This document shows, piece by piece, positions 36,241-50,915 of a stretch of 64,000 nt of DNA (positions within the stretch are counted from its first letter, which is position 1; every line of letters starts with the position of its first letter). Source of the stretch: Podarcis melisellensis (Eukaryota); the NCBI GenBank assembly GCA_964234715.1, contig OZ174277.1; one strand, given 5' to 3'. A program made the translations under genes and the position numbers. The notes under the pieces are model-generated. The model made no database searches. It had not been told where the DNA came from and saw nothing but the letters and a program-made list of their open reading frames with translations.

Positions 36241-36770
36241 TTACAAGTAGGTAGCCGTGTTGGTCTGCCGTAGTCGAAACAATAAAAAAATCCCTTCCAG
36301 TAGCACCTTAGAGACCAATTAAGTTTGTTTTTGTGTGCATGCACCCTTCTTCAGATACAGTGGTACTTCGGGTTAAGAACTTAATTCGTTCTGGAGGTCC
36401 GCTCTTAAGCTGAAACTGTTCTTAACCTGAGGCACCACTTTAGCTAATGAGGCCTCCCGCTGCCGCCGCACTGCCGCCATGCAATTTCTGTTCTCATACT
36501 GAAGCAAAGTTCTTAATCCGAGGTACTATTTCTGGGTTAGTGGAGTCTGTAACTGAAGCGTCTGTAACCCGAGGTACCACTTTACACTGAAACAGAAGTC
36601 AGCAGACCCTTATATATAGTGAGAGGGTGGGGAGGGGTATTACTCAGAAGGGTAGTGGGAATGGGTAATTTGCTGATAGGTGTGGTAAACCTGTTGACAA
36701 CTATTAACGACTGCAATTGGTCTTAACGGGAAAAAGCAAGGGGTGAGATGGCTAAAAACAGCTTATCATG
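36241..36770 (-). mobile_element. Penelope-like element terminal fragment
   Basis: GTAGCCGTGTTGGTCTG...TAGCACCTTAGAGACC...CTTCTTCAGATAC resembles reptile Penelope termini (recalled, not searched); hammerhead-type CTGAAGA box on the minus strand. Confidence 0.55.
36358..36582. mobile_element. Tigger-like MITE nested in a Penelope-like fragment
   Basis: Same subfamily as 20830-21082; TA TSD. Confidence 0.8.
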
Positions 36771-36838
36771 TATAGATAAGTAGTCCATCTGATGCTGTAT
36801 TATGCTTGTGGCCAGGAAAACTTGCCCCTACTGTCATT

Positions 36839-37027
36839 GGAAAAGGACTGCAGCTCAGTGGCAGGCCATCTGCTCTGCATGCAGAAGGTTCCAGATTCAA
36901 TCTCTGGCATCTCCAGGTAGGGCTTTGAGAAGGGCTTCTCTCTGAAACCCTGAAGATCCACTGCCAGCCTGAAGAGTTAGATGGATCAATGGTCTGACAC
37001 ACTGATAAGGCAGTGTCCTGTTTTCCT
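36839..37027 (+). mobile_element. tRNA-derived SINE, old squamate family
   Basis: A-box-like GCAGCTCAGTGG and B-box-like GATTCAATC; an inverted relative lies near 38230-38406. Confidence 0.6.
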
Positions 37028-37939
37028 GTGGAGGACAGTATAAAGGAGAAGGAAACAATATTTGGGATAAGGTCCAGTAGAAGGAAGTGGGAGCTCAGGC
37101 AGGCGGAAAAAGGTAAACAGTGTGTGAGGGTTAGGATCAGGTGGGAAAGAGAAACATGGAAACTGGAGCAGGGAGAGAGCACTCTCTCACTGATGCATTG
37201 ATTGGACACCTTGCAATATGTCGGCCAAAACCTGCTTTCCCTAATTATATTGTGTTTTGAGTGAAATTCTGCTGATTAAAACATTCATCTCCACCGTCTG
37301 TTTTGAAGTGGGCAGAATTGTTCTGGAAGTGCTGATAGGAGCCATTCCTACATTTGTCTGCAGCTTTTAATCATTTTAACAAACAGAAGTTGTGCCGGAC
37401 TTCAAATATATTTAGAATGTTCCCAAGTATACTTGGCAAATGCTAAGTAGAGGAAAATATTTACTAAAACCTGGCAGTCATCAAAGACAACAGATTGAGC
37501 ATTTTAGCTTTAAAAGGATGAAACAACCCAAAAGTGCTGTGTGTGTGATTCTACCTAGTAAGCACACTTAAAAAGAGTTCCTGAATGAAGTGGGATGGTA
37601 TACATCAGTATAAGGACATTTTTCCACACATTGAGGGTAGAGGAGAGGCAATAATGATATTTTGAGCAAGTATTCTTAGGTTTGAGTATATATCTCACGA
37701 CATTCAATGGGCCTTGCTTTGTGGGTGGATGGGGAAGAAAGTAATATGAGGAAATTAGCAATCACCCTGCAACACCATTGTATGTGGAGGAGGAACAGAC
37801 AGACCCGCCTTTGAGGCTTGCCAGTCCAAGGGAACGAAGTCAACCTCTCTAGGACATATTATTAACAATATTTTATTGCATTTTTACTCTTGCATTAATT
37901 GTATATTTGTAAAGTGGTTTTAGCTATAAACCAGTTGAG

Positions 37940-37941
<2 letters not shown>

Positions 37942-37973
<32 letters not shown>
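37942..37973. repeat. (TG)n microsatellite
   Basis: Read directly from the sequence. Confidence 0.95.
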
Positions 37974-37976
<3 letters not shown>

Positions 37977-40900
37977 GTCTACTGTCTGTCTACTGTATAT
38001 ATAAGCACAGAAGAAGCCTTATATAAAGGCTGGGCAGTTTGAGACCTATACTATTGCTTATAGCTCTCTCAACTACTTGAAAAGGTTGGCTGTGAGAAAC
38101 GGGGCAGATCTCAGGCTAAGCATCCTCATGGAGTACCAGTAGTTTGTAGGATGGTGATGTTGCAGCCATTAACAAGAATGTGGTGCCCACATCTCACTGC
38201 AGATAAGGTGCTCTGCTGACCCTGTGTGGAAAGCTCCCTTACACTAAATCAGACATTGCTCTATCTAGCTCAGTCATGCCTATATTGACTGGCTATGGCT
38301 CTCCAAGGTTTCACATAGGGTACATTCCCATCCCTGGTCTGGATATGCTGGGGAACTGAACCCAGGACCTTGTGCGTGCAAAGCAGTTGCTCTGCCACTG
38401 AGCCACAGGATTTATATATCGGGTGTAAGGACAAGTAAAGCTGCAGTTCTGAGCAAACTTAACATGGAAGCAAGCTCCTTAGGTCTAAATGGGACTTCCT
38501 TCTACGAAAACATTTTTAATATCAGATTTTCTGTGTCTTTTGTAGCTTCTGTACTTCATCTGGTTGGTCCCTCTTGCGTTCTAGGATGTTATTAATGGCA
38601 GTAAAATAGTAGATATTTACGAGGTGAGGCAGAGGCTACGAGGAAAACATTTCTTCTAAGTGTATCTACTCAATGGATAAATTGCATGTTTCATGTTAGC
38701 ATCAGCTGCAAAGTTAGAATGTTATAAACAGCTAAACAGCCTTTTTGAAGAGGTATCGTCAGGCTTCAGGGCCAGCTTCCTTCTCACTTTGACCGTAGAT
38801 AAGCAGTGCAAGATAAAGTAGTCTCTTACCAGCAACAGAAATGTTTAATGAAGGCAGCAAAAGAACAAAAGACCATTCTCGCAGTGCAGGTGCCCCCAGT
38901 TAAGTTTCTCCCACTTCCCTCTAGTCACTTCCATCTTCGTCTCCTATTTACCCCATCTCTCAACCAATTAGCCTTCTGTGAAGTTACCTTATCCAATCTC
39001 CTAGCCCTGGGACTAAGAGGCTGTATACCTTCCAGTGAGGGAGAATCGGTTAACTTTCTCTCCTCCCGTTCTGCCTCTTCTTGTTGTTCACCTCCCAATT
39101 CTGCCCAACTCCTGTCCTCTGAACTGTGTCCCTCAGCAAACCATTGTTCCAGGTCAATACTACTCTCTTGCTCCTGTGGAGCCCCAGGATCAGGGGGAGA
39201 GGGGGACGCCCACCACTCCTCACCAGAGTAGTACTCCCCAGCCTGATCTCTGACAGATGTTGGGTTACTGACGGTTTCTAAAACCGGCAGATATTAAGAT
39301 ATTTTGGCATAAAGGTTTTTTCGTTATGCAGAAAAAGAAAAAAGGAGACCTTTACCTGTCACCCTTTATTATCTCGGTACTGAGCAAGCTCTCTCTTTAA
39401 CTTACAGAACTGTCACAAGCTGAAGGACTTTGACACCAGTGGATAGGTTAGGTGCTGAACCAAGCACCCAGGCATATATGTCTTTCATTGCCTACTAAGA
39501 GGAAATCATTGATTCAAGCTTAGATCACCCACATTCTTCAACTGAGTTTAATTTCACACCATTCAGCAGAGAGCAAGGCATTAGAAGCTGGAAGCAGAGG
39601 CTACAGCTGAACACCAGTAGATGGCTATGGCCTTCATGTCTCACCTATGATTTTCCCCAGAGGCATCTTGTTGTCAACAGAATGCTAGATTAGGGCAACA
39701 TCCTTTGCACACTTACTAGGAAGTAAACACAGTTGAAGGCAATGGAATAAACATGCTTGTGCTACACCTGATATTTGGTCTTACCCAGAAAGTCCCTACT
39801 ATTATTATTTACATAGGAAGTAAAGAGCTTTCTACTTCTGTACCTCCATGCTGGGAGTTTCTCAACATCACAAGTTTTGTCAGTCATACAGGAATTATTA
39901 TTATTATTATTATTACTACTCATGCAGGGGGGAAAGTTGGGAGAAACTCAGACCATTCAGTCACTTAAAAGGTCTGCTTTAAAAGAAGAGGGGAGATGAA
40001 ATGTTCACCTAACAGTAGCATGCAGCAAAATAGGGGACTTCTGAGATTTGCACTCTAGCCAAGGTGAGGGGAATGTTAATTGTTGCAGGTGAAAAGGATT
40101 AAAAACAAACAAACCTTTATGCAGCCAGAATTTACCAGAATTCACTTACTTTGCTAATACAGTTGTAAATAGCTGTGGCATGTCAAAAAGAATGCAGTTT
40201 TAAAACACTTGACACTTCTGAGTAAAAAGCACATGCATATATCTATTGTAGCAGGCAGTCCCGTCCCCCCGCCCCTCACCCATTCTTCACACTTTGGCAT
40301 TCCAGCTGGTCAAGGGAATATTCAGTATAAGAGCTGAAGAGAGGACTACTGGCTAATTTTAGCACGTTGAGTAGGAAATTCCAGTGGTTTTACTATAATG
40401 TTCTCCCAAGAGGAACAAGGAAAACCCCATTTGCTTCTCTGATCAGCTGCAAAAAGTACAGCCAACATCCCAATTGTAGATTCCAAGTTATGTCTTTTTA
40501 TTACATTTCTTCAAACTCTTCTCCTCTTATTAAAGAATAAGCTCAATCGTTTATCCCAGCTGTATTTATTCTGCCAGTTTAGTCCCATTTCCTCAAAAGC
40601 AGCTTTGGAAATGAACTGCAGAAGTCCAGTACTACACATCTGCACTGCTTGAACATCTACTGCATTGCTGTAAACATAGTTAATGCAAAACAAGCTTTAT
40701 TAGAAACCTTGGTGCACACTAGAGTTGCCACTTGAAAAGTTTTTCATATTTTACTTCATAAACCATTGCTTTGTAATAATTCATTTATGTCATTTGGCAG
40801 AAGACTTCCATGCAATCATAGAATCATATCTTTTACAATACCTTTCAAATCCAGAAACTGGTTACAACTTCCACCACGTACATATGGTAAATGGTTCTAA

Positions 40901-42079
40901 CAAGCGTGCCCAGAATCCTTCCATTTCGTACTGCAAAAGAACACCAAGTTCAGCACAGCCCACCCATCTGACATGACACTGATGTTTTCAAATTGAAAAT
41001 AATGTCCCCCCACACTAAATATGTTTAAAGAAAAATTGGATTAAGAAAAACACACTTTAGTTCTTTCCAAGGCTTATCTACCCGTCTGTTGCTGAATTTT
41101 CAGAATACCTGCCCTCTTTGAGTATTCCTTGTGTGAAAGGGTTTGTTGGGGTGCTTTTCGTACGCATGGAGGCCTTGTGGGGTACAAAACTCTTGACTGT
41201 CCCACTGCCCTTTCACCACACTCAGTGTACATGATGCTAAAATGCAACTATAGAAATACTTGCTTGTGATTAAATGTTTCTCAATGATTAGTGTGCAGGA
41301 ACAGATTTCTTTGCCTACGTCTGCCCACCACACATATGCAGGAGGCTGCTGCAAGTTCCCAGGTGGTGGTGGTATCTCCTCATCCAATAGACTATAGAAC
41401 ATGTGCAACAAACCTGCACCACATGCATACTACCAAATAGACTATCTAATGGTTTGTCCATGATGCAGGCTGCCTACCCATGTGCTTCTCTATTCAGGGC
41501 TTATCCACACTTCCTCTTGTTCCGCTGCTTTCAGGGAAAACACTCTTTAGCGTTCAATGGGAGAAGATAGAAATTCATTTTCCCCTCAACTGCCATTTGT
41601 TCTGATCTGCCTCTAAAGGGTGGATTTCCCCTTGGAAAGGAGCAGGGCAAGGTGAAAAACGCTCAGACCCATGCGTAGAAATCGTGGCTCAAGCAGAGGA
41701 CCCCTTGGACCCATGCTTTCTAGGTATGGCACAAATGGAAGTGTGTATTGGTGCCACCAGTTTTGATAGCTGCCAATCATTTGTTTGGCAGGGGAAGAGT
41801 GATCCCCATCCACAATCAGCACGTGCACGGTTTGCTGCTGTGCAAGAGCAGGGCCGCTGTCTTCCATGTAATTATTTTCCTAGTGCTTTCTTGTATTTCT
41901 TTTTCTTTAGATGCGCTCTGAGTTATGAAACACAAAATAATGGTTTCTACTATGCTTATTCAAAAGGGCGTTCAGAAATAATTTAGTTCCCAGAGCATTA
42001 AGCTAACTTCTTCATTTTTTTTCAAAGATACATACAGAAACACACATACATACTTGACATAGATTTATCTTACCGCACA

Positions 42080-42087
42080 ATATATAT

Positions 42088-42150
<63 letters not shown>
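42080..42150. repeat. (TA)n microsatellite
   Basis: Read directly from the sequence. Confidence 0.95.
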
Positions 42151-42156
<6 letters not shown>

Positions 42157-45100
42157 AGGGAAATAGAGCCTTACAGAAATAATGCAGTTTATGCTAAAGG
42201 GCTGTGTTGAGCAAGATACTGGCAGCAGCACTGCTGCACCTTTTGTGTGCTTCAGCAAGTATGCAATGACATGTCAAATTGACTGATTAGGTAATACGTC
42301 GCCAATTTACATTATGCAAGTTTACCAGACAGATATATAGGAGAAACAGTGACCCACCATTGGGAACAAATCTGCCAGGAGTAGAAAACAAACCCTGACA
42401 AAGATTTATTGCACAAAGGCAGGAAAGGCAAATACTGGGCGAGGAGGAAGCAAAGGAACTGGAGGGAAGGCTAACTTTAGAATGGGAAGGAGCCGTGTCA
42501 TGAACCTTCCTGTGAACTTTTCCTCTTCGCAAAGGTTACCAAAAGTGGCGTGGGATCCAGTCCTGTGCCATCGGCTTGAGTGAAACTTTGGTAATATGTG
42601 AACTGAGCCCTCAGGGAGGGCCTCCTTCTTGTGTATGTGTTGCTTGCACTAGAGATGTGTCCCTTAGTAAACCCAGTGCACTTAAAAGTCTATAAAAATG
42701 TAAAAACAAATTCAGCCGGAATGCAGTATATTTTATTTATATATACTGCACTCAAGGTTGTGTGCATGGATCTTTCTTTCGGGTTCACTCTTTTATCTGC
42801 ACAAGCCTGTGAGTCGGGCTGAGAGACAGTGACTGGCCCACTGAGCTTCATGGCTGAGTAGGGATTTGAGTCTGGGTTGCCGTACTTAGACACTCTAGTC
42901 TAGCTGCTGTACCACACTGGTGCTTCTCGTATTGCCCACAAACTTCAAAACGGCTCAGGCATACCTGCTCCCCTCTACACATTCTGAACACAGCCAAGGG
43001 GGTTTCAAGATGTGAGTGGAGAATGAACAATTTGAGGCCAAAGTTGCTACCAGGTAGTTTCCCACTTGAAACGTGCTGGGATAAAAGTTTTATGAAAACA
43101 TCCCCACAGACTTAGTTCACAGTTTAGTTACAGTGTGCTGAATATCACTAGAAAACGATCAGTTTTCAGGATGAAATGTCTTGCCATTTTTATCATGCAA
43201 AACCACACTATCTTCTTGCCACTTCTTAAAAGCTGGTGTATTTCTGAAGACAATGCCAAAGACTTATTTTGATATATAAAGCTCTAGATGTTAACGTCAG
43301 CTACCAAATCCTTTCTCTAGGTCTCACTATCCTATGGGAAAGGTAAAAGGATAGGAGTTTTTTTATGCTCAAGGGCTCCATCTTTAGTATTCTCTCTTAT
43401 AAAAGGTGAGACAAATAAAGCCTTCCTCATTTGCTATGCTGTTTTAACTAGCACTTAATTTATTGCATGGATGTTTTCCTGTATTTTTAAACTTGTCATT
43501 GTAAGCTGCTATGGGGATATTGCTTTAGAGTGGTTTATAAATATTCTACAGAAAATTAATTTAAAAATTCACACGGCTATTTTGGGCCATTCTGCACTGG
43601 GAGTTTTATAACTGGAATTCTCAATTTAATTTTGTTCTTTGGGATCAGAGTGACAGTACATGGAGGTTAACTCTTTGCTCTGAACACATTCTTAACTTTA
43701 AAATCTCCTCTCCCTAAAGTAGAAAAATAAACAAGTTTTGCACCCACCTGACTACTAATTCTATACTGGGGTTTTGAGATGGAAACCACCTTTGTTCTCT
43801 GCTCAGCTTCCTTAATTTGTACATTTGCGTTTTAGTGATAATCTTTATTATAAATTTAGATACATTAGAAGTAGAACAGAACAGAATAGAATAGAAGTAG
43901 TTTCCTTTATATAATGTCATTTTTGTACTTTCTAAGACATAGATTATCAGTTTCTATCTGGGGAAAGATAATGTACTGGATATTTTCAAACTGAATAAGA
44001 ATTAGACATGCTTTCAGTTTGTACAAAATAAAGTGATTTTTATAAAATGGGTAAATCATACAATTTTATCACAAAGATCTGAATATAGAACTTGTCGTTA
44101 ATAGACAAAGCAAATGTATTCTAAATGTTAATGTAGAAATGCTAACTCAGGGCTATTTTCTTCTCCTTATCAAACCAAGACCAGTGTCAGACTCAAAGGA
44201 ATAAAATAAAACTTGTCCATTTACTCAACAGTTCCCATTTTCCATTTATCTATATTACACTTACCTTACTGGATCATGTTTTACAATTAAGAAGGAACTC
44301 TTAAAATGTTAACTGTGACTCTATGTAACTAAATATAGAGTAATAAATGACAGAATTATTTAAAGCAGACTACATTTAGAGTTATAAAACACTATAATCA
44401 AATTCTTACACTAAAATATACATTCTCACACTAAAATATATATTTAGTGTGTTGTACATGAACAGGAATGAGCATGGTTGGATGGAGATGTTCAGAAGCT
44501 TCTGAAACCAATTTGAAGACGGCTGATTTAAAACTAAGCATAGTTTGCCCAGCTCATGTACACCATGTTAAACCATAGTTTACTGTGACATGAAAACACA
44601 GCCAGTGTATGAGTATCTAATAAATAGGTCTAATGTATTACTAGATTTTATTCAAAATATTTTCCAAGCAGAGGTTTCTTCACAAGTGCAATTTGTAGTA
44701 ATGGGACACATTATGTTTGTTGTTGTTGTTCGTTTTTTTAAAAAAGAATTGCTTCCTCAACTTTACGGACTACCACCTAAGACAGATAACACTGGCATTG
44801 GTGTTTATTTTGCCCTGAATATATATGGGTTGTTAAGTAGGTGATAATATGAGATATGTCCTGAAGATGAGTAGTATGAAGGTTGGTTGTCAGACATGAA
44901 GTTACCTGCTGCAGTCAGTCATCATTACTCCATTCAATTAGCACTGCATGGAGAGAATAAGACTATCCATGCTATGTGTCATGTCTGTGGAAGAGAAGCC
45001 TGTCCAGTGCATGAAGGCTGGAATACCCAATAGCTGGAACCCTTAAGGTTATAGACACTTCCATCACAGCAGTCATGGAAATGAAATCCCAAGTCCGGTA

Positions 45101-48100
45101 AGTGTCCGTATATAAATTTCTGCAAACTTCAAATACAGATTCCTCTCTCGGGTAATTAGATATTGCAAGCTGCCTTGTTTGTTAAATGCTGTACTGGGTA
45201 TATGTGCATCTAATTATGCAAAATGTGTTGTTTTTTAAAAAAGTTGTGAACTTCACATACTGACCCACTGTTGAATTCAAGATCAGGGAAGGAAGTCTGT
45301 CTCTGCAAATTATCCTTTGAAAATTAGAGATGCAGTGTCGAATACAGCACTAGAATGTGCATGTACAGAAAGGTATCTTCATGCTTTGTGCAGTTTCAAC
45401 CACCCTCCTGTGGAACTGACATCAAACCAAAGTCTGGAAAGCTGTGTAATAAAACCCCTTATAAATGCATTTGGAATAATGATTTGGAGTGTAAGGAAGC
45501 TATGCAAAATATCAGATGCAATTGACTTCTCTATCCTCAATGTGCAAAAAAAAACAAAAACCTTAATTAACTCTAGTGTCACTTTGTTTATACAAACAGA
45601 AAGAAGGCCTGGTCACATTGACATCATGCCATGTATTATTACACAATATTATATTACACTTTTAAATTGGGAAGGTCAATTTCATCAATACGTAAGAAAG
45701 AACTCAAGAGAAAAGAATGTACTGCATAAGTTATTAACACACTACTAGCCCAACAAATCAAAGTACAGAAAAGTAAAAATTCAGTTAGAAAAACAAGCAA
45801 GAATATTAATTACATAGCCGTTTTAAATTATGTTCAACATGAACAACATTGGATTTTACTAGTTTGCAAAATTAAGAGTCTTTGAGCTAGCTAAGGATGG
45901 TACATGCAGTTACTTCCTGCAGCCTGCATTCCTTACTATTAACAGCAGCCTCTTTTGTATCTGTACTCCAATTTACACTGCTACCCTGTATTCAATGGGG
46001 CTTTCTCTCTTATGTGATTAGGAACACTGCCCAAAATGTTGCAAATGTATTGAGTATGTTTGCCGATTTTGGTGTGCTCTGTGATGCAGGAGTAAAAAAA
46101 AAACTATAGAAGCAGCAGCAGCAGCAGCATTCCTAAAGTTGTGAAACAGTTTTATTTACACACACAAAATGAGAATTACAAATTAAAGCACTTCTTGGAC
46201 TAAAAATAAATAAAACATTCCACCTACTTCTACCATGTGAACAGAACACATTTCCCACTAAAACAGCAGCATATAATGCTTACAAATACCATAAGGTTTT
46301 GTTTTTTTAAAGAAAAGTTGTGAAGATAAACACACTTTGTCCTAAGGTAATTCATTACATACTGAAGGGTCCAGGGGAGGATTTATATACTGAAGCATCA
46401 GACAAAAACAAAAACCAAGAAACTGAAACTTGGGTGTGCACATAGTCACCAGGGAGAAATTGAACAGCCCCAGTGCATCATGGTGGGGTCAGGGAGGGTC
46501 CACAAGGCTCTTTGAATCTCATTTGTAGACTCTCTAGTTATTTTTTGTGGCTAGGTATGCAGCAGGCCTTGCACCTTGTAGAGTACTAGTCTTTCCCAAT
46601 CTCTGACTCCTCCCACAAGGGTCCAATGGCCCATCAAAGTAGGACCTCAAGGGCTGAGGTGCAAGGGCTGCCCCACAGAATGGACACGCAGAAGCACTTC
46701 CTGTTTTTATACAGCGCAGCTGGATCTTGCTGTTGGCACTGCAACAACAGGCGAACCAGCCCCCCTGTTGTACTACTACACCTCTTGGTGTGTAGAATTC
46801 TTTGCTCTCAAGCCAATGAATGCAAATTTGATATAAGCAAAACACGGTTCTCTTGCATGTTTCATTTAAAACATTTGTAGATTGCTTCTCTATAATATCA
46901 AAGCAGTTTACAGCAAACAAGCAACAGAATAATAAAGCCACTTAAATATCAATCGAAAACAGTTTGCACTCCCAACCCCCACCCCAACCTCCAGACCCAG
47001 CCAATAAAATAAAACCATCCAAACGCTCACTGGTGAAAAATGGTTTTACCCTGTTTCGTTTTGAAGAAAAAAACAGACACCCAATGAAAGATGGCGATTT
47101 CCTAACATACTCAGAGAGGAGGTCCGAAAGTTTACACCTATCATTATAAAAGGGCCCGATCCCATCTGTCGCAGTGCTAGAACCATGAGCAGTGCCAGTT
47201 GCACTCATCTAATCTTGCCTGGTGTGTGTGTACAAAACGGGAGAAGGTAACGAGTATATGGCCACATAGAACTTGAAAGTTTTAAGAAAAATCTTGGAAA
47301 CAAATAGGTAAACAAAGTCTGGAAACAAACAAGCAACCGGATGAAATGGTCTTGGCACAGGTTGAATATAAGATTGCATCACTTCCTGGCTAAACCTTAT
47401 ATATCTGCTTTATTAAATAATATCTTCTGTGCACTGGTATCTCTAGCATGGGCTCACTTGTTCTTTTGCGAGTCACTACCTCACATAGGATTAACCTGAA
47501 GGATGGATAGGAGGGATGCTATTTTATACATAGAGAATCCTGCATCATGAAGGAACACTAAGAACATTTAAGTAAGAAGGTGTTTTTAATTTCAAAGGGG
47601 GTTGCAGAAAGGGTGATTGGTGTGGTACACATTTCATGAATGCCTCCTCAAATAACAGTCTCCAACATCACAGAATTGGTGCCAGTCTCACCCTCGTTCC
47701 AAATGCCAGGAGGCATCTGCTGAACAGTAAATCCAAGGACAAAACTGGAATTTTATACATGCTTTTTACAGGATAAACCGGAATAAACTCATAGCTATAC
47801 TCTTTGTGGATGTGAAGCTACCAGCTTTGAAAGAAAATCTGGCATCGGCACCAACACTCCAGTACAAGTCCCATCCCCACTTCCAAGCCTGCAGTAGTAC
47901 CACTGATCAGCCATCACTGAAACATTTGTAAGATTAATCCAGGTAAGAGGGAGGTCTAAAACCAAAAGGTACTGCTCATATTTTGTTTCTGTATAAACAC
48001 ACATTTGGAGGGGGGAGGCCAGCAAAGATATGCTAGTGCAGCCTTTCCGAAGCTGGTGCCCTTCAGATGTTTTGAACTACAGCTCCCATCAGTCCTAGTC

Positions 48101-49350
48101 AGCATAGCTGTGCTGATGCTAATAGTAGCTGTCCCAAACATCTGGAAGGAACCAGTATGGGGAAGGCTGTGCCAGTGTCTCCCAGCATAGGGGCATAAAA
48201 GCTCTGAAGAAGCTACTTTTCTTACTGAAAAGGCATTTGAAGGGTAGTATATAAATCTAAAAAACAAAATCCCTCTGTCCTCAAATGTCTTTCCAACTGG
48301 ACTGAGATGCGGAAAGGTTTGCCTTAAATGCACTGGAAAGCTATTTGTGAGCACACTTTTCACTCTGGATTCATCAAGGCTCTGGTTGGTTTAAGATAAC
48401 AAAGGAGGAAATGAAGCCCTTACAGTTATGAGCCCCTCCTTTAAAACAGTCTTTCGGTACCCACTGAGGAGGTTGAGAAGCTGCACAGATAACAATTTTA
48501 GCAGACACCTTCAATTATCATTCTATAAAATACTCTTTACTATTTAGTAAAAGATGTCCAAGCTATCTGGGGTGAAAGAGAAGTTTGGTCTTTTGTATGG
48601 ACTAACCCTTACTAGAACAGGCTGTGTGCGTTGAAGAAGCATATTCCTTGGTTCTGGCAGAGTCTTCTTAATCCATCCTGCTTCAGAGTTCTCCCTCACG
48701 TCCCATGGAAGAAATCTTAAGTTTTCTGGGGAGGGGGAATAAGCAACCATGTGCATAGAAGCGGGTAAAGAGTTACCTGGATCAGGTGCACGATAAAGAA
48801 TTTTTTCTTCTCTGGGTCTTCCCTGCATACCCCCAGTAGCTAGAAGTGAGGATGTAGGCATGATTTTTTGGGGAAACTTGGGGAAGAACAAAGAAAAGAA
48901 AGCTGCTATCTCCCCTTTTGCACGGTGGACTTTTCAAATCCCACCAGAATTTCGAGGAAGAAAAGGTCAATCTCAAAATATTGCTTCTGCTTTAGAAGCT
49001 GAGTGGGCAGTCATTAACTTTGTCTCGGCAGTGCTTAAGCCTTTTCTGACCTTATACTCCTTTATCAGCAGAAGTGGGTCTCTCAGGCAAAATAAACATT
49101 GGCAAAATGCTGTGTCCTGATTTTTAAACTTGTGCAGTTGCATGGGAGGAAAGGAGGGAGAAGAGGCACCAAGGGAAGATGCCGTCACAAACTATATATG
49201 AGTATTTTGGAACAAGGGGTGCTGGTGTGCAAATCTTACTAATAGTTGTTTTTAATGTAAAAGGTGATTTGCTAGCTTTTTTTCTTCTTCTCAGCAGCAA
49301 CACTGGAGAAGTATACGCCATCAGTGGGGGAAGTGAGGCCGAGAGAACAT

Positions 49351-49679
49351 AGGTAAAGGTAAAGGGACCCCTGACCATTAGGTCCAGTCGAGACCGACTC
49401 GGGTTGCGGCACTCATCTCGCTTTATTGGCCGAGGGAGCCGGCATACAGCTTCTGGGTCATGTGGCCAGCATGACTAAGCCACTTCTGGCGAACCAGAGC
49501 AGCGCACGGAAACACCGTTTACCTTCCTGCCAGAGCGGTACCTATTTATCTTTGACGTGCTTTCGAACTAGTTTGGCAGGAGCAGGGACCGAGCCACGGG
49601 AGCTCACCCCGTCACGGGGATTCGAACCACCAACCTTCTGATCGGCAAGCCCTAGGCTCTGTGGTTTAACTCACAGCGC
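49351..49679 (-). mobile_element. Sauria SINE, probably in the OGFRL1 3' UTR
   Basis: Homologous to the other copies in this window. Confidence 0.85.
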
Positions 49680-50158
49680 TATACGGTTGCTGTCAATGTG
49701 AGAGTCATGGGAGAGGTAGGACTTGAACCTGGGTCTCCAGATGGTGGTGATGCTGAATGTACATCTTAAATGAACCTGCTTTTGTTGTTCAAGGAATGGC
49801 AAACATTGAAAAGTTTAGCATATCATTATCATTAAGAAAACATTCCTTGGACGTCCTTGGAACCCTAGCTGCCAAATAACTAAGATTAAAAAATGTATAT
49901 TATAATAAGATTGGGGGGGGGGGGAGGATAACTGAAATCAATAGTTTCCACAAAGAGAGCAAAGCTTAGCATAGGAGTTCTCGGGCTTGAGGATTCTGCA
50001 GTTGTTTTTAAGCTTAATACACAGTTCTGAAAAGTGCAAACAGTTAACAAGAGTCAAATGAAAGAGAGCATAACCCCTTGGTGGCCAAGCACTGGGCCCA
50101 GCGTCAAGATCTTCTTTTCCTTGTCCAATTTCATACAAGTTAACTGAGACACTTTAGT

Positions 50159-50915
50159 CTATGCTCGAGTCTCCTCTTTGTTCGATCCTCCTGGGTTTTT
50201 ATCCTTAACTACACTGTCTTGCAGATCTGTTGATATATTAGTTGAATCGCTTTTACAGTCACGGCAATCTTTTTCTACAAGTTCTGCATTTCTGCAGTCT
50301 TGATTAAGGTTTTCATCATTTTTGCCTTTATGTTTTTTAAGATGGCAAACGTTCTCCTTCTGGTTCGAAGGATTAGCAGTTTCTTCCAGTATGGAGTTCT
50401 GACAATCAGCATTGCTATTCTTTTCACCAATGCTTTGCTTAACAACCTCAGGGCTGGCGTGTTTCCTGCTCCGGTCACAATCGTCATCCTTTTTAGCATG
50501 TTCTGCCCTTTTTTCATTGGTTGCTTTGCCGCTTGAGTTACAAACCACGGGCACATTCTTGCATTCTCTCCCACTTTTATGTTTAGAAACGTAACCGCTG
50601 CGGAGGGAAACTGGCGATGCCAGCTTTTTACTCGGCTTGCTTCCTTCCAACTTCTGCTTCCTCGGCGGCCCCCATATGAAGTGGTCAGAGGGTGTGTAGT
50701 GCTGCTGGGCAAACCGCAGGAGTTTCCTCCTCTCTCTCCGGTCTCTAATAGTATATACAAAATATTCCAAAGCGCTTTGCTTAATGTTGGAGATGGTGTC
50801 TTCCACAAGAGCTTCGTGAAGAATGAATTTTACAAGAGGAGGTTTGAAACTCTCGTACCCAAGTTCGCCAAGACTCTTCAGAATACGGGTGATCCTCAAG
50901 TAGTTATGTTGGGAC
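50159..50915 (-). CDS. OGFRL1: OGFRL1 exon 7 (coding part, TAG stop)
   Basis: CACAG| SQHNYLRITRILKSLGELGYESFKPPLVKFILHEAL...FIWGPP then a charged tail. The seven exons sum to 1611 nt, an open frame of 536 aa. Confidence 0.94.

Noticed and set aside
38757-39254. GTCAGG...CTGACA-bounded pyrimidine-rich segment with a 141-aa ORF, possibly a solo LTR
   Set aside because: No matching TSD and no protein motif; cannot be supported without a repeat library.
40669-47314. miR-30 seed matches on the OGFRL1 strand (40669-40676, 47308-47314)
   Set aside because: About the number expected by chance in 10 kb of AT-rich DNA, and the UTR extent is unknown.
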